A DNA stretch of 64,000 bases from Auanema rhodensis (taxonomy: Eukaryota > Animalia > Nematoda): positions 13,020,001-13,084,000 of the forward strand of contig OZ059899.1 of the NCBI GenBank assembly GCA_964057225.1. The letters are read 5' to 3'. Numbering within the stretch: the first letter of the stretch is position 1; each line of letters opens with the position of its first letter. The notes below the pieces were generated by a model. It was not told the DNA's origin. It saw only the letters and a list, made by a program, of their open reading frames with translations, and did no database searches. Made by a program: the position numbers and the translations under genes. This document shows, piece by piece, positions 42,536 through 54,880 of this stretch.

Positions 42536-43712
42536 ATGCATGTTTACTTATGTACAGTTATTCTACTTAATAGCCTCTGTGGCTCATATGCATCAATAGG
42601 AGACTTTTCTTCCCACTATCGACAATGTACTAATGAATGCACTGTAAAATTAAGCTGTCCAAATGATTTAAATAAAATTGAATGGTCCTCTTCTGATTGC
42701 TTCAAGTAGGTTCTTGAAATGTTTTGGTTTTTTATCTGATTTTTAAAGATGTCGTTATCAATGCATGTGGAACACTGTAGATGATTTTAAAGCCCGTAAC
42801 TTGGATATACCTCAATTTCACGGAAAATGGCCTTTTATAGCTTTAGAATTTTTTGGTTTTGGTCCTATAATTCAGGTATTTATAGAAATTATTGTAACTA
42901 AATAGTGTTTTTTTTTGTTATAGGAACCATGTTCAACTATTTTCTCTTTGATGAATTTGTACGCTTATATATCACTTTTCAAGTTTTTACGAAAGTCTAG
43001 ATTTGTTGAATATCGACATATATGGATTGGTTACACAATTGTAGGAGTATTAGCATGGTAAAACCTTATTTCTCAACCTTTTTATGAATTTGTTTAGGCT
43101 TTGTTCGGCCATTTTTCATGCCAGGGATAACTGGATCACCGAATATATGGATTATTTTGCAGCATATGCTTTAGTTTTATATGGTTTTTACGCTTCATTA
43201 CATATTACAATCTTTTCCGGATTTTATTTTCGAGGATCTAAGTAGGTGTCTGAAACAAATAAAACAATACTTATCTTTGTTTAGGTCGTCACTGATAACA
43301 GGAATTATCTTATTACTTATTTACCTTAGACATGTGCGACTTATGCTGGTATGTTGAATTTTTGAAAAATGTTATAACACGTCATTTTCAGGATCATTTT
43401 GATTACGGTTATAACATGGCTTGTTGTATCATTTTATCAATTTTAACGTCTGCTCTCTACCTCATACATTTGATGAAAAGACGACAATCGCGTAAAATTA
43501 TATCTGAATCTGACAAGATTTTGTTGAAAATACTTTTATACTCTATCGTATGTGTCCTTCTTGAAGTTTTTGATTTTCCACCTATATTTTGGTTTATTGA
43601 TGCTCATTCCCTTTTCCACTTGGCCACAGTACCTATTCCACTATGGTTTTCCAAATTCTTATATATCTATAACCAAGAGTATTTAGCAGATCAATTACAT
43701 AAGAAAATCTAA
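42536..43712 (+). CDS. PGAP3/Per1 GPI-remodelling phospholipase (CREST family)
   Basis: Signal peptide, ASIGD..YRQC, CRYQCMW, QFHGKWPF, QEPCS, SAIFHARD, DYGYNM and LEVFDFPPIFWFIDAHSLFH. Confidence 0.93.
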
Positions 43713-43913
43713 TTATGTTGAATTCTTGTTATTCTAGTCAATTTTTTAAAATTAAATCTTTTACTGTACATACTAAGACTGTCCAGTCTTTAACAGGCTC
43801 ATAAATATGCTGGTTTATTACAATGTTTTAAATTTAACAAGGTTTCATCACTTACATATCGATTTGTAATTTATATTGTGAGGATAAGGTCTTGACGTTT
43901 TCATTCCTTAAGG

Positions 43914-46900
43914 ATGACTGACCCAGACTCTAAGAAGTCGGATCTTCCTTTTGGTGCTGATTATGCAAAGTCTAATAGAGCATCCTGTAAAGGATGCAAA
44001 CAGCTAATATCTCAGAATTCGTTAAGATTATCAGCTCGTGAACCGAGTAGATTCTTTGATGGTTTACAAGATAATTGGTAATAAGTTATAGAGTTCCATA
44101 TTTATCTGAACCCTTCTAGGTTCCATTTTAAATGCTTCTTTAAACGTCTGAAGCCTGGAAAGGATCAGATAAATATGGTCTCCATCAAAGGTGTTGATAT
44201 TTTAAAATGGGAAGATCAGGAACTTATCAAAAAGAATATTCTTGAGTTCACAACCGGAGTTAAGGGAGCGACTTTAGACAATCCACAATTTCAAGAAGTG
44301 AAGGCGGAATATTCCAAAACAAACAGGCTTGTGTAATTGAGAAATCACATATTGATGACCTTATGTTCAGAGGGAAATGTGTTAAATGCTCAAAAAAGTT
44401 TGATAAAGGTGAGATTAAGCTCAATTTCGTATCCAGTTACTATCACAAATCATGTTTGCTCGAAACCATCACTTTTGAAGTAAGTATAAATAGTTTATGC
44501 AATTGAGAAATTATGAAATCCATAGGGTGATGTATCAGAAATTGGCGATTTTTCAAGTTTTACATCAGAAGAACAAGAATCGCTTAAAAATTTGGTGAAG
44601 CCTGCTGTTAAAGAGTTAATAAAGTCTGAGGATTTTTTCTAATTTAATTGTATTCAGAGAAAAAACGGCAACTAAGCGAGGAAAGAAAACTGATGCAGAA
44701 TGTGCTCCTAAAAAGGGCAAACTTGACAAAGCTAGCATGGATTTGAAGGTTTTAATTCATTTCAAACTTAAAGTTAAATTATGTTTGCTTCAGAAACAAA
44801 GCGATAAATTTTGGGAGCTGAAGAAGGGATTTACAGAAAACTTAAACAAAGATGATATGATTACTATCCTTGATCATAATCGTCAAAATGTTCAAAAGCG
44901 TCATGCACTCGATACACTTGTTGATTGTGCCATGTTTGGTGCTCCCAGAAGTTGCGAAAAATGCACTGCTGGGCAACTGATTTTCAGGCAATGACGGTTG
45001 TTCCAGATTTCATAAACATAATTAATTTCCAGTCCATCGAAGAGAACATATAGGTGTGATGGAAGCTTGTCAGAGTATACAAGATGTACTTTCGAATCAA
45101 GATACCCACATAGAATAAAGTTCTTAATTCCTGATGATATGAAAAATGAAAATAGTTGGCTTAAATCGGTGAAAACCAACGTAAGTTTAATTCTTTCTTC
45201 TTTTATTATTTAATAAGATCTTTGTAGTTGTTCAAAGAACGTCTGTATGCTGATTTCGAGAATGAAGAAGTAATTGAGTGAGTCATTTACAGTATACCTT
45301 AACTATGATTTTTGCTTTTTCGTCGGGAAAACTTGAAATCCTTCAAAAGTTTGGGAGCAAGATCTATGAAACAGGTTAAAAATGTTAATGATGACGGTAC
45401 TGTAAGCACTGGTAAAGAATATTTCTGAAGTTCATACTTAAACATTTAATTATTTTTGATCCAACATCTTCGAAATCACTTCAAACAGTTAAAAATGGAG
45501 GTGTTGTTGACCCAAATATACCTGGATTTAAGAAATGTCATGTGCACAAAGACGTAAACGGTATTCATATATGATAATTAGAGTATTATAAATCATCATC
45601 ATCATCATCATACTTAGGTTCCTTGTATACTGCTCTCCTTACAATGACAGATGCTTCCTCAAATGCAAATTCGTATTACAAGCTTCAACTTGTAGCACAT
45701 GATGATTCCTTATTCCGGTTCATAATATCTTCTCATTCATGCTTTGATTAAACCTATCCTTCAGTTTCAAATTGTTCCGTGCATGGGGAAGAACTGGGAC
45801 TGAGATTGGAGGAAATACCACACAAGATTTCCGAAATGAAGCTAATGCTGTTAAAGCTTTTGAACAGTTAGTTTTGTAGTTTTGTTGCCCAGAATTTGCT
45901 TGTTTAAGAGTGTTTTTTGAAAAAACAGAAAATCACTGGAAGAATAGAGATGAATTCGAAAAATATCCTGGTTTTCATGATTATGTGAAGACTGATTACA
46001 ATGTGGTATGATTTTGAATATTTTAAATATTTCAAAATATTTCAAAACTTTCAGTCAATTACAAATAATGTGATGGCTGGAGAGAAATCTCTACTACATC
46101 GATCTATCAAAGCAATTATGATGATGATTTTCGATATTGAACGAATGAAAAATACATTGGCGGAATTTGAGGTTTTTAAAGAATTTTTCAGTAATTTACA
46201 GATATCTTATAGATTGACATAAACAAAATGCCTCTGGGAAAGTTATCATCCGATCAAATTAAGAATGCCTACGCTGTTCTAACAGATCTACAGAAGGCAT
46301 CTCTTTGAGTTTTATAAAAAAATAATTAAAATTGTTATTTTTGAGGTTTTGAAAAAAAGAAAAGTTGATCACGACGGCATACTTGATGCTACTAATCGTT
46401 TCTATACTCTTATTCCACATAACTTTGGAATGAAAAAGCCTACACTTCTAAATACCAAAGAATTATTAATGGTTAACTATTTCAAATTCATTTTCTTCTG
46501 TATGTTTAGGAATATTCAGGCTAAATGCTCTATGTTAGATTCTTTGCTTGAATTACAAGAAGCTGTAAGTTTGATTAGCACTACATCAAGTTCCGAAGAT
46601 CCTATTGATGATCATTACAAAAAATTAAAGTGTGAAATGGAGGTATCACGTTCTCAAAATCATTTTTGGATATTTTTTAAACTTAAGTATGTCGAACCTG
46701 ATTCTAATGACTATCAATTAGTACTCAAATATCTTCAAGATACTCATGCTGCCACTCATAACTTCTATACGCTCGAATTAGTGGACGTAAGTTTTATCTA
46801 TTGGAAATAAAACGTTGAAACTACCATATCCCAGGTTCTGAAACTTGACAGAAAGGGCGAAAAAGAAAAGTTCAAAAAAGAGCTTGAAAATAGAGTTTTA

Positions 46901-47591
46901 CTTTGGCATGGATCTGGTACGTTACAAATATGTTAAAATTTAATTTCAATACTATTTTATAGGTGTAACTAACTACGGAGGTATCTTATCTCAAGGACTT
47001 CGAATCGCACCACCTGAAGCTCCTGTGGTATGCAATTTTTTTTAAATGAGAAACATTTTTTGTCATTTTCAGACTGGTTATATGTTTGGAAAAGGAGTAT
47101 ATTTTGCCGACAGAATTTCCAAATCTGCTAACTATTGTCGCGTGGTTTGAACCTTTGTCAATATTTCTTTTTAACTTATTTTCTTGTATTAGACGAGCGA
47201 TGGCCAAGACTGTCTTTTACTTCTTTGTGAAGTAGCTTTGGGAAAGGTTCAAACAGCTACTCAGGCGTTTACCGATGTCAATAACGTTGTGCAACCCGGA
47301 TTTGATTCAGTTCATGGTAATTAAAATCATTATTGATTCTCACACGTTACTTTAACAGGTGTTGGAAGTAATGTTCCTGATCCAGCGGGAGATGTAATAA
47401 CTGCTGAGGGTTATAAAATTCCTCTTGGACAACAGAAAAAGCAAACAGTTTTAGGTGGATCTCTTCTGTATAACGAGTAAGTTTATTCGTTATCGTTTCT
47501 ATGAATTTGCTTTTCTTTCAGATTCATTGTGTATAATGTAGATCAGATTAGGATGCGATATTTGGTCCGTGCTCGATACAATGTCAAATAA
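43914..47591 (+). CDS. parp-1: Poly(ADP-ribose) polymerase 1 (two PARP zinc fingers, Zn3, WGR, regulatory and catalytic domains; no BRCT seen)
   Basis: [12 protein letters not shown]...[63 protein letters not shown] and LLYNEFIVY, so the H-Y-E triad is intact. Stop at 47589-47591. Confidence 0.97.
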
Positions 47592-48238
47592 TCAATACTC
47601 GTCTATCCAGAATTAAAATTTGTATATGCATGCTGCAACTGATACTCACTTTTTTCTCTTATATGAGCTGATGCTTTACAATTGTTATTCTCATTTTTCC
47701 GTAGATGTAATTGCCAGTTTTTTACCATTACTTGTTTAAATACAATAAAAATAATTCGATGACAACGGTAGTAGCCATTTCGAACAAAATTAATAGACTT
47801 GAAAAGAAGAATGATGAATTTTCACTTCATTTAATCTTTTTTCGTTGCAGTTTTAAGTTTTTATTTTCATTGTATTTAAACAATTACTTGAAATGAAATA
47901 ATCATTAACAAAATTACTTTTCATTTCGAAGAAAATTAAAACAGACGTTTAAACACATCACATATCACGTACTGAATCCACCTTTTCACAAAGACGCGAT
48001 AGTTCAATGGGGTTAGCGATTTTTCAGTTGCTTAATGCTCGAAATTAATAAAAAATTTTTGAATTGATTTTTTTCTTTTTAACCCTTACATTAGTTGTTC
48101 ATATAAATTTCCTTTTTGTTTTTGGCATATGCTAAGGCTTTTAGAATGATTTCCTGTTCATGTCATGAGTGTTGACGATTTTATTGATTCATTTGCACGT
48201 ATTTACATTTATTGATGAAACACTTTCTTCAGGTAATA

Positions 48239-49298
48239 ATGTCTGATGCTAAAGATATACCACCAGGAACGTATGAACTTGAATTTGGTTCTACATTCTC
48301 GGAACCCAGAAGAGAAGGGCGAACTCAATTTCACACTTTACGATGTTAGTTATCATTACTAAGCTGTTGTTCAATTCTCTTTATTTTTAGATGATTTTAA
48401 GCCGAAATCAGTTGCTTCAAATGATGTAGAATCCTTTATTGCTTACGGAACTAATGGCGATGTTCATGTTAGTTTTATGATGCATTATTTTGTTTCATGA
48501 GTTATTTTTAGGTTGCTGTTCCAACAGAAGGAGATAATTTAACTGTATTCAAAGGTTCTAAGAAAGAAGCTAAGCCTAAGGAATGTCTTCTTTTCTATGA
48601 TAAAAGAACTGGTCGTTTACGCTTAGAAAAAATAAGCACAAATATCCATGTTAAAAAAACCAGGTGAGTATATTTATGAGTTGTACTGAAATAATTATTG
48701 ATATTACAGGGATGTCGATAAGAGCACAGAAACTGTTCTCAGAAATGAGATGAATCGTCTCCGAGCTGAGCAAATGAGAAAAGGACCTGTCAAGTGAGCT
48801 TACATCCGCTTTTCTATTTTAAGTGAACTTTTTTCAATTTTAGGGACGATATAAATGGAGGACATAGCGATGATCAAATGTCAAGCTCTTCTAGCAGTGA
48901 TAGTAGTGATAGTGAAAGTGATAGCGGTTCCGATACTGAGGTTTAAGTTGTTAATGAATTATTTTGAATTATCAAGTTTTCTTGCAGTCAAAGACTACCA
49001 AGCAAAGACGCGAGTCGAATTCTAGCATGAGTGACATGGAGAGTAAGTCATGTACCTTCAATCAATATATTTATATTGCTGTTCCAGGTGCATTGATTGC
49101 AACTGTTAATGGAAATAACCAACATACATCTACGTCTAGTAGTTCGAGTCATATGAGGTTACATAAATCTAGGGAAAACCTGAATATTGACTGTTCTATT
49201 TCAGATCTAATACCCACCAGTCATCATATAGCGCAAAACCAAATTCCCATGGTGATCTTGGTCTAAATTTAAGTGATGATAGTTCAGATGAAGATTAA
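48239..49298 (+). CDS. eaf-1: ELL-associated factor
   Basis: FHTLRYDFKPKSV, TVFKGSKK, KECLLFYD and RLEKISTNIHVKKTR, followed by an acidic Ser-rich tail ending DLGLNLSDDSSDED*. Confidence 0.92.
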
Positions 49299-50024
49299 TT
49301 TGTGATAGATCATATTAGAGTAAATAACTCTCGATAAATTTAATTGATTGTAAAAAACTTATTTATTAGTTAATATTGTAATAGCTTATTATAAGTTGTG
49401 GGTGAGTCAATATACAGCGTTCAACGTTCTTTGAACCGATTTCTTTCTAATACAATTCCTTCTTTCCTATTACTTCGTTTAGTATGCTAAGTCTTTCTTG
49501 TCTTCGTGATATGTTTCTTCTTTGTGTTCTACTTCATCTGATAGTTTTTTAATCATATTTCATAAGCATAACTATTTGCGGGATTAATGTATTACCTGTG
49601 GTGTACTAAGTCATGTTGGTTGGTTAGTTAGTAAAGATTTTTAAATCAATAGTTTTCCTTTTGACAATAATAACGCTTATAACATGCAATTTAACATCTT
49701 TATTAGCTTCAATGAAATTTTTTCCTACAATTAGAAATTGATGCAGCATGTTACATCGTTTTTAATTAGAGATCATATCACGGTGATCTAGTTGAAAAAA
49801 TATTTATGTTACGTTATGTTATGTTAATGGCAATACTAACAATAAGAAAATAAAACAAATTGTTACTAACTCAGCTATTTGTACAAAATAAGATAAAACG
49901 ATAATAGATACACGATTAGGCAATTATTAAAAAGGTATTAGATTTTGCTAGTGAAATCAATTTGGCTGGTTATGTCAATTATAGAATGAGCGATTATAGA
50001 AAGCTTATGCGAGCTTTGAGTCAA

Positions 50025-51454
50025 TCATGTTCTGGCTGAGTAGGCTGATATGATGGAAGAGGATGTTTCGTTCATATCATCGTCGTATGGGTTAACCTGA
50101 GAAAACATTCAATTAGAAGCGATATTGCAAGTTTCAACGTACTTCAACTTTGATGAGAAAACTAGGATCCAGTAATGCAAGAGAATTATTGTTATTTCCT
50201 CTCTTTTTCCTAGAACGTGATGATTCAGTAACAGACGATGGAGTTGAGTTTGATGACGTAGTATATGCAGCATTACGAGACGACGCGCGTGAAGTAGTTG
50301 ATGCGCGAGAATTTATAGAATTTCTCGAATTTGCTGAACGTACTGAGCTTGAGGGCAATTCATCAATTATTTCTTGTTTAACCAAAGTCTGTAATAGTCA
50401 AATTAAACTCTGAAATCAAAATCTTTTACAAACCACTTTCAAATTTCTCATTTTTTCGCAGGAAAGATTAGCTTTAATACTCTTGTATTTCTCCCGTTTC
50501 TTTTCATCCATCATAGTTTTGGTCCAAAAATCTTTTATAAGATCCACACAATTTTTCTATAAGCAGATAAATATTAAACATTTTTAAATTGTGAGGCTCT
50601 AACTGTATGAGCTTCGGGTATCCATTCTTCACAATTTTGGTATCCTTTCCATTTAACCAGATACTCATTGCCATTGCTACCATGGCGTACATCAATTATT
50701 CCACTAACTTCAGCTTCTTCATATTCGTAGTTAGGCGCTTCTTTTGGCTGAAAAGCATTAAAATTAAATAATTAAAATTAATGTACAACATACGTTTTCA
50801 ATTTTCTGTTTTAGTTGAGGGTTAGTTTTTCCCAATACTTCATAGATTTCCTTATTCCTTTCTGACATTCCATGCCGGGACTTTAAAGCTTTGGCCCAGA
50901 AACGAATTACCAAGTCTTCGCATGCCTTAATGAAATAAATAAAATTTTTTTTGTAATAGATGAAACTTACAGTTTTCTTTTGATCTACCCATTCGTCAAA
51001 AAAATTAGGCCAACCTTGCCAAGACACTCTGTATTGAATTCTGTTGTTTAGAAGTCGAACGCTTTTAACTTGCTCAACCTAAACGAATAAGATAAAACAA
51101 TATTAAAAAATTGCAAAAGAATAAAATCAATATCAAGCAGAAACTATGCATTTAAATAAATATATATCAATAAAGAAAATATATAAAAAAAAGACATACC
51201 TCGTACAAATTTGTGCCTTCTGTATCGGGATCCCATGTTTTTTGCTGAACACTCCTTCTGCTGTTAGTAGTTCTTCTTCTTGAGTTAGATGAAGGTAAAC
51301 TTCTTGCTCTTTTCTTTTTTACTCCACTCAAAGTACTACTTCTAGTCTGAAACAACATGAATCATAAGCAGAAAACAGCAACGAAAACAACCTCTCTAAA
51401 TGGTTTCTTTCCAACTTGCGAACCTACGCCACCTACACTTTTTCTATTTCCCAT
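50025..51454 (-). CDS. Small nuclear protein with two chromodomains
   Basis: Chromodomain 1: LYEVEQVKSVR..IQYRVSWQGWPNFFDEWV..ACEDLVIRFW. Chromodomain 2: EAEVSGIIDVR..NEYLVKWKGYQNCEEWIPE..NCVDLIKDFW. Basic NLS-like segments (KKKRAR, RSRKKR) and a Ser-rich tail. Confidence 0.85.
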
Positions 51455-51564
51455 CTTGAACAAAAAAATTAAAGTATTCAACAACAAAAAAGTTTAAAAA
51501 ACAAAAAGCCAAAAAGGAAGCACAATCATATATTTAAAGCAGCGTCACGGCATTATGTAAAAAC

Positions 51565-51642
51565 TTTTGGCGCCATGGTAAACGCTCTGCTCCAATGCTA
51601 AATTTCTATTGGCTAGGATACTTCAGCTGCGCCATTGCCAAT
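51565..51642. promoter_or_regulatory. E2F-like site plus three CCAAT boxes upstream of the chromodomain gene
   Basis: TTTGGCGC at 51566-51573, CCAAT at 51592 and 51638, ATTGG at 51608. Confidence 0.45.
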
Positions 51643-52455
51643 AAAGGTCCAGCAGATGTTGCAGATATGAACAGCAGGGGTCAAGGGAAAAGTAGAATAA
51701 CATAGGATTGTCACTATATGCAATGGGCAATCAATGTTGTCAGCGTCATTATACTGTACCGCATGTCATCATCTTACCATAATCAAGCTAATATAAGATC
51801 AAGATTGATATGAAACAGTATCATGAAAACTTTTGTAAACAATATCTTGTTGTTAGAGGTTTTCTATCGACCATTCATCTGTGTTACATGTCTACCAGAT
51901 GTTTTTTTTCACTAAGATTCATATTTTTACGAAAATAATATCCTCAGTGTTGATATGTGAAACAATACAACAGCTGCTTCGCCCACTCACGTGGAATCCT
52001 GTGGGAACATATGAATAATGAACGTAGAATACTGATCTAAGCTATATTTACTCCTGAAATTGTTCGGAAAGCTTCGTTTTGTTGAACTAAGTTAATTCAG
52101 GATATAAACAACAGCTTGAATCATGGTGTTTTGGAGGGATAGAGAGAACTTAACGAAACAAATCGCAAACTTTTTGAGTGCATCTTCGATGAATCAGTTT
52201 TTTGATTTTAAAATTTCTTTTGACACCAACTGACAGTGTGACGAAAGTCTGATGGTGTTTTGTCCGCCACCGCATCCTTGGTTCAGGAGCTAAGGATTTT
52301 TCCCGAATTGTGGGGGTGGCCATCAAATGGGAGGAGTCAACCAATGAGAATCTCTTACAGCTTAAAGGCGGAGCGTTATATAAGATCAGGATAATCAGAA
52401 AACAGAAGACAGCTTTATCTGATCTGCCTATCAGTTTATACAAAACAAATTCATA

Positions 52456-53629
52456 ATGGCCAGCCGCACCACTGCCGGAGGAATCGGATTCGCCGTTAGA
52501 CAAAAGGTTCGTATTCTATCTTTGATTTGATTGAATATACATTTCAAAAATACCCTCGAGAATATTAGTTTTTCTGATTTCGTATATGAATCGTTTTCAG
52601 CAAGACTCCAAGTACAGTGAGGATGAAGGACATCTTCTCCTTGAGTGGATTAAGAAGGAATCTGGAGAGAACATCAGCACCAATGGTTTGATGCTCTAGT
52701 TCTTAAATAATTTTTGCAACTTTCATTTCTATTCCAGGTGACAGAGATAACTTCTTGAAGCTCCTCAAGGACGGAAGCCTTCTCTGCAAGTAAGTTACTT
52801 GAACTTTCTTCTCGAAAACTAATAAAATTAAAAGTTCGAAATATTAAAAATTTGTTTTCGAGCTTGACGAGTACGTTTTCAATTTCGAAATTCTCAAACA
52901 TTACCTTCAAATACATTACTTTTTGCAAGTGAAGTTTAGTGTAACAAGCGCCTACACGAAATCTCAAAGCTTAACAGAGAGTTCAGTTGATTGTTTTTTA
53001 ACTTTCTGAGAATGAAAATTAAAAAAATCTTGATGATTTGATGTCAGCAAGTAGAAATAAGATGCAATATTATCCTCTAAACTAATAAACTACAAAGAAT
53101 TTCAATACATTTCTAAATAAATCCTTGTTCAGGCTTGCCAATGCCATCGAGCCAAACAGCGTCAAGAAGATTCAGAAGCCAATCTCTAACTTCGCTTGCA
53201 TGGAAAACATCAATGCTTTCGTAGAGGCTGCCAAGAAGGTAAGTATTTAAGGAAGTGCTTAACGTCGAGCCAGCTCTCATCTTCCTACAACAGTCTCCTA
53301 TATAAATAATTTCAGCTCGGAGTTCCAACTGAAGAAACCTTCCAATCTGTTGATCTTTTCGAAGGTCGTGACTTGTATTCAGTTATCATGATGCTCATGT
53401 CTCTCGGACGTATCGTAAGTTTATTTCTGGGTATTAAAACTTTTTTTCGCACATTATACTAATAGTTATAATATTTTTTTTGGCTTTTACTCAATAATCT
53501 GATGTTAAATCAGTTTTTTAATCAATAATATTTAAAATTTATATTATTATTATTTTAACTAACATTTTTATGTGTTTCTTTTTATTTCAGCTATCCAAAC
53601 AAGGAAAAACTAATCCATTCGCTAAGTAA
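52456..53629 (+). CDS. cpn-3: Calponin/transgelin-like single CH-domain protein
   Basis: [22 protein letters not shown]...[39 protein letters not shown]...[14 protein letters not shown]...NPFAK*. A TATA-like TATATAA lies ~75 bp upstream. Confidence 0.85.
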
Positions 53630-54880
53630 AAAATACAATACAATTGTTTATTTATAAATTAATTTAAAGGTAAGTTTGGAAGTTTATAAACTTCAAACTA
53701 ATTTATATATATATAATAAGCTTTAATAACAACTTTAAAACTTGATCTCATTTCAATTTGACATAATATAGATTAGATATAACAAATATTATAAAAAATT
53801 TCTAATTACTTATAAGCTTATTATAATCTAAAATATTTGAATTTCAGTTGGAGAAGCAAGGAAAGACCCACCCATAGATTATGCTCAAGTTCTATTCTTG
53901 CCAGTTTCCAGCTTAATTGATTGTTCTTGTGAATATATATAATATGTACCAAATAAACATTTCATTTTACTTTAAATAGCTATATGTATAAACAGTTATA
54001 CAGCATTACATACATACATACATACATGTAGATACATATAAGTCATCAACATTACATATCCACCCTTCGTTGTTCATCTCAAAGCTTTGTAATCAAGGAG
54101 TTTATGCTTTATGCTTGTATTATATTGTATATACGTATGTATGTATTACTTAATATAAACAGATAAAACTATAAAATATCCTTCATGTTAAACGTTTTTC
54201 TCTGCTTCCCACATTGTTTTTTCCACTTCAACTGGACTTTTTTCATCTTTTTTATTTATAAATATCATTTAGAATAGTTGTCTGATCACTAGTAGCCATT
54301 GATATAGATCTAGCACAGCTGTTCGTTCATTTGGCTTCTTCTTCTTCTTCGCCTTCTTCTTCTCTTTCTTTTTATTTTCCGAAGAGTGTAAAGTCGTTCC
54401 AAGATCTAAACAGAAGCGATTTCAGTAAGAGAATTGACAGTTGAGTTATTTATTCTGGAACATATGGATTATTTACAATATTCCCATTACTTTTCTAATA
54501 AAACTTCAAAATAAAAAAGTTAACTAGTCAATAATTGGACGGTTCATCTGACAACAATTATAAGCTTCATCTAGTCTGTTTCTAATTTTGTACTTATGTT
54601 TATAAAAAAAAACGGATTGTCAACATATGCTCATGATGGGGCTGTTCTTCTCATTTTCTTAAATCTTCTCATAATATATCTTTATTTCCATTTGAAACTT
54701 TATAAAGTAGCAATTTAAATCAAATTGATGTTATGACCAGTCAAAGCTGGCGCTTCGTGAAAGGCGATTTGACTTTTCAACTACAAGATACAAGTCATCT
54801 TCCACTTTCCCGGTATTTTCTCCGATTTTGGGCAAATTCGTCAAAAATATCTAAAAAATGCGATTTAGCATACTGTATGC

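Noticed and set aside
52150-52503. 117-aa minus-strand ORF
   Set aside because: It is antisense to the cpn-3 promoter and first exon, has a non-ATG start and shows no motifs.
54731-54880. Extended C-terminus for the unc-73 kinase (45-nt intron, or a shifted frame ending FAQNRRKYRESGR*)
   Set aside because: The three possible endings cannot be distinguished from sequence alone, so the feature end is left at the first stop.
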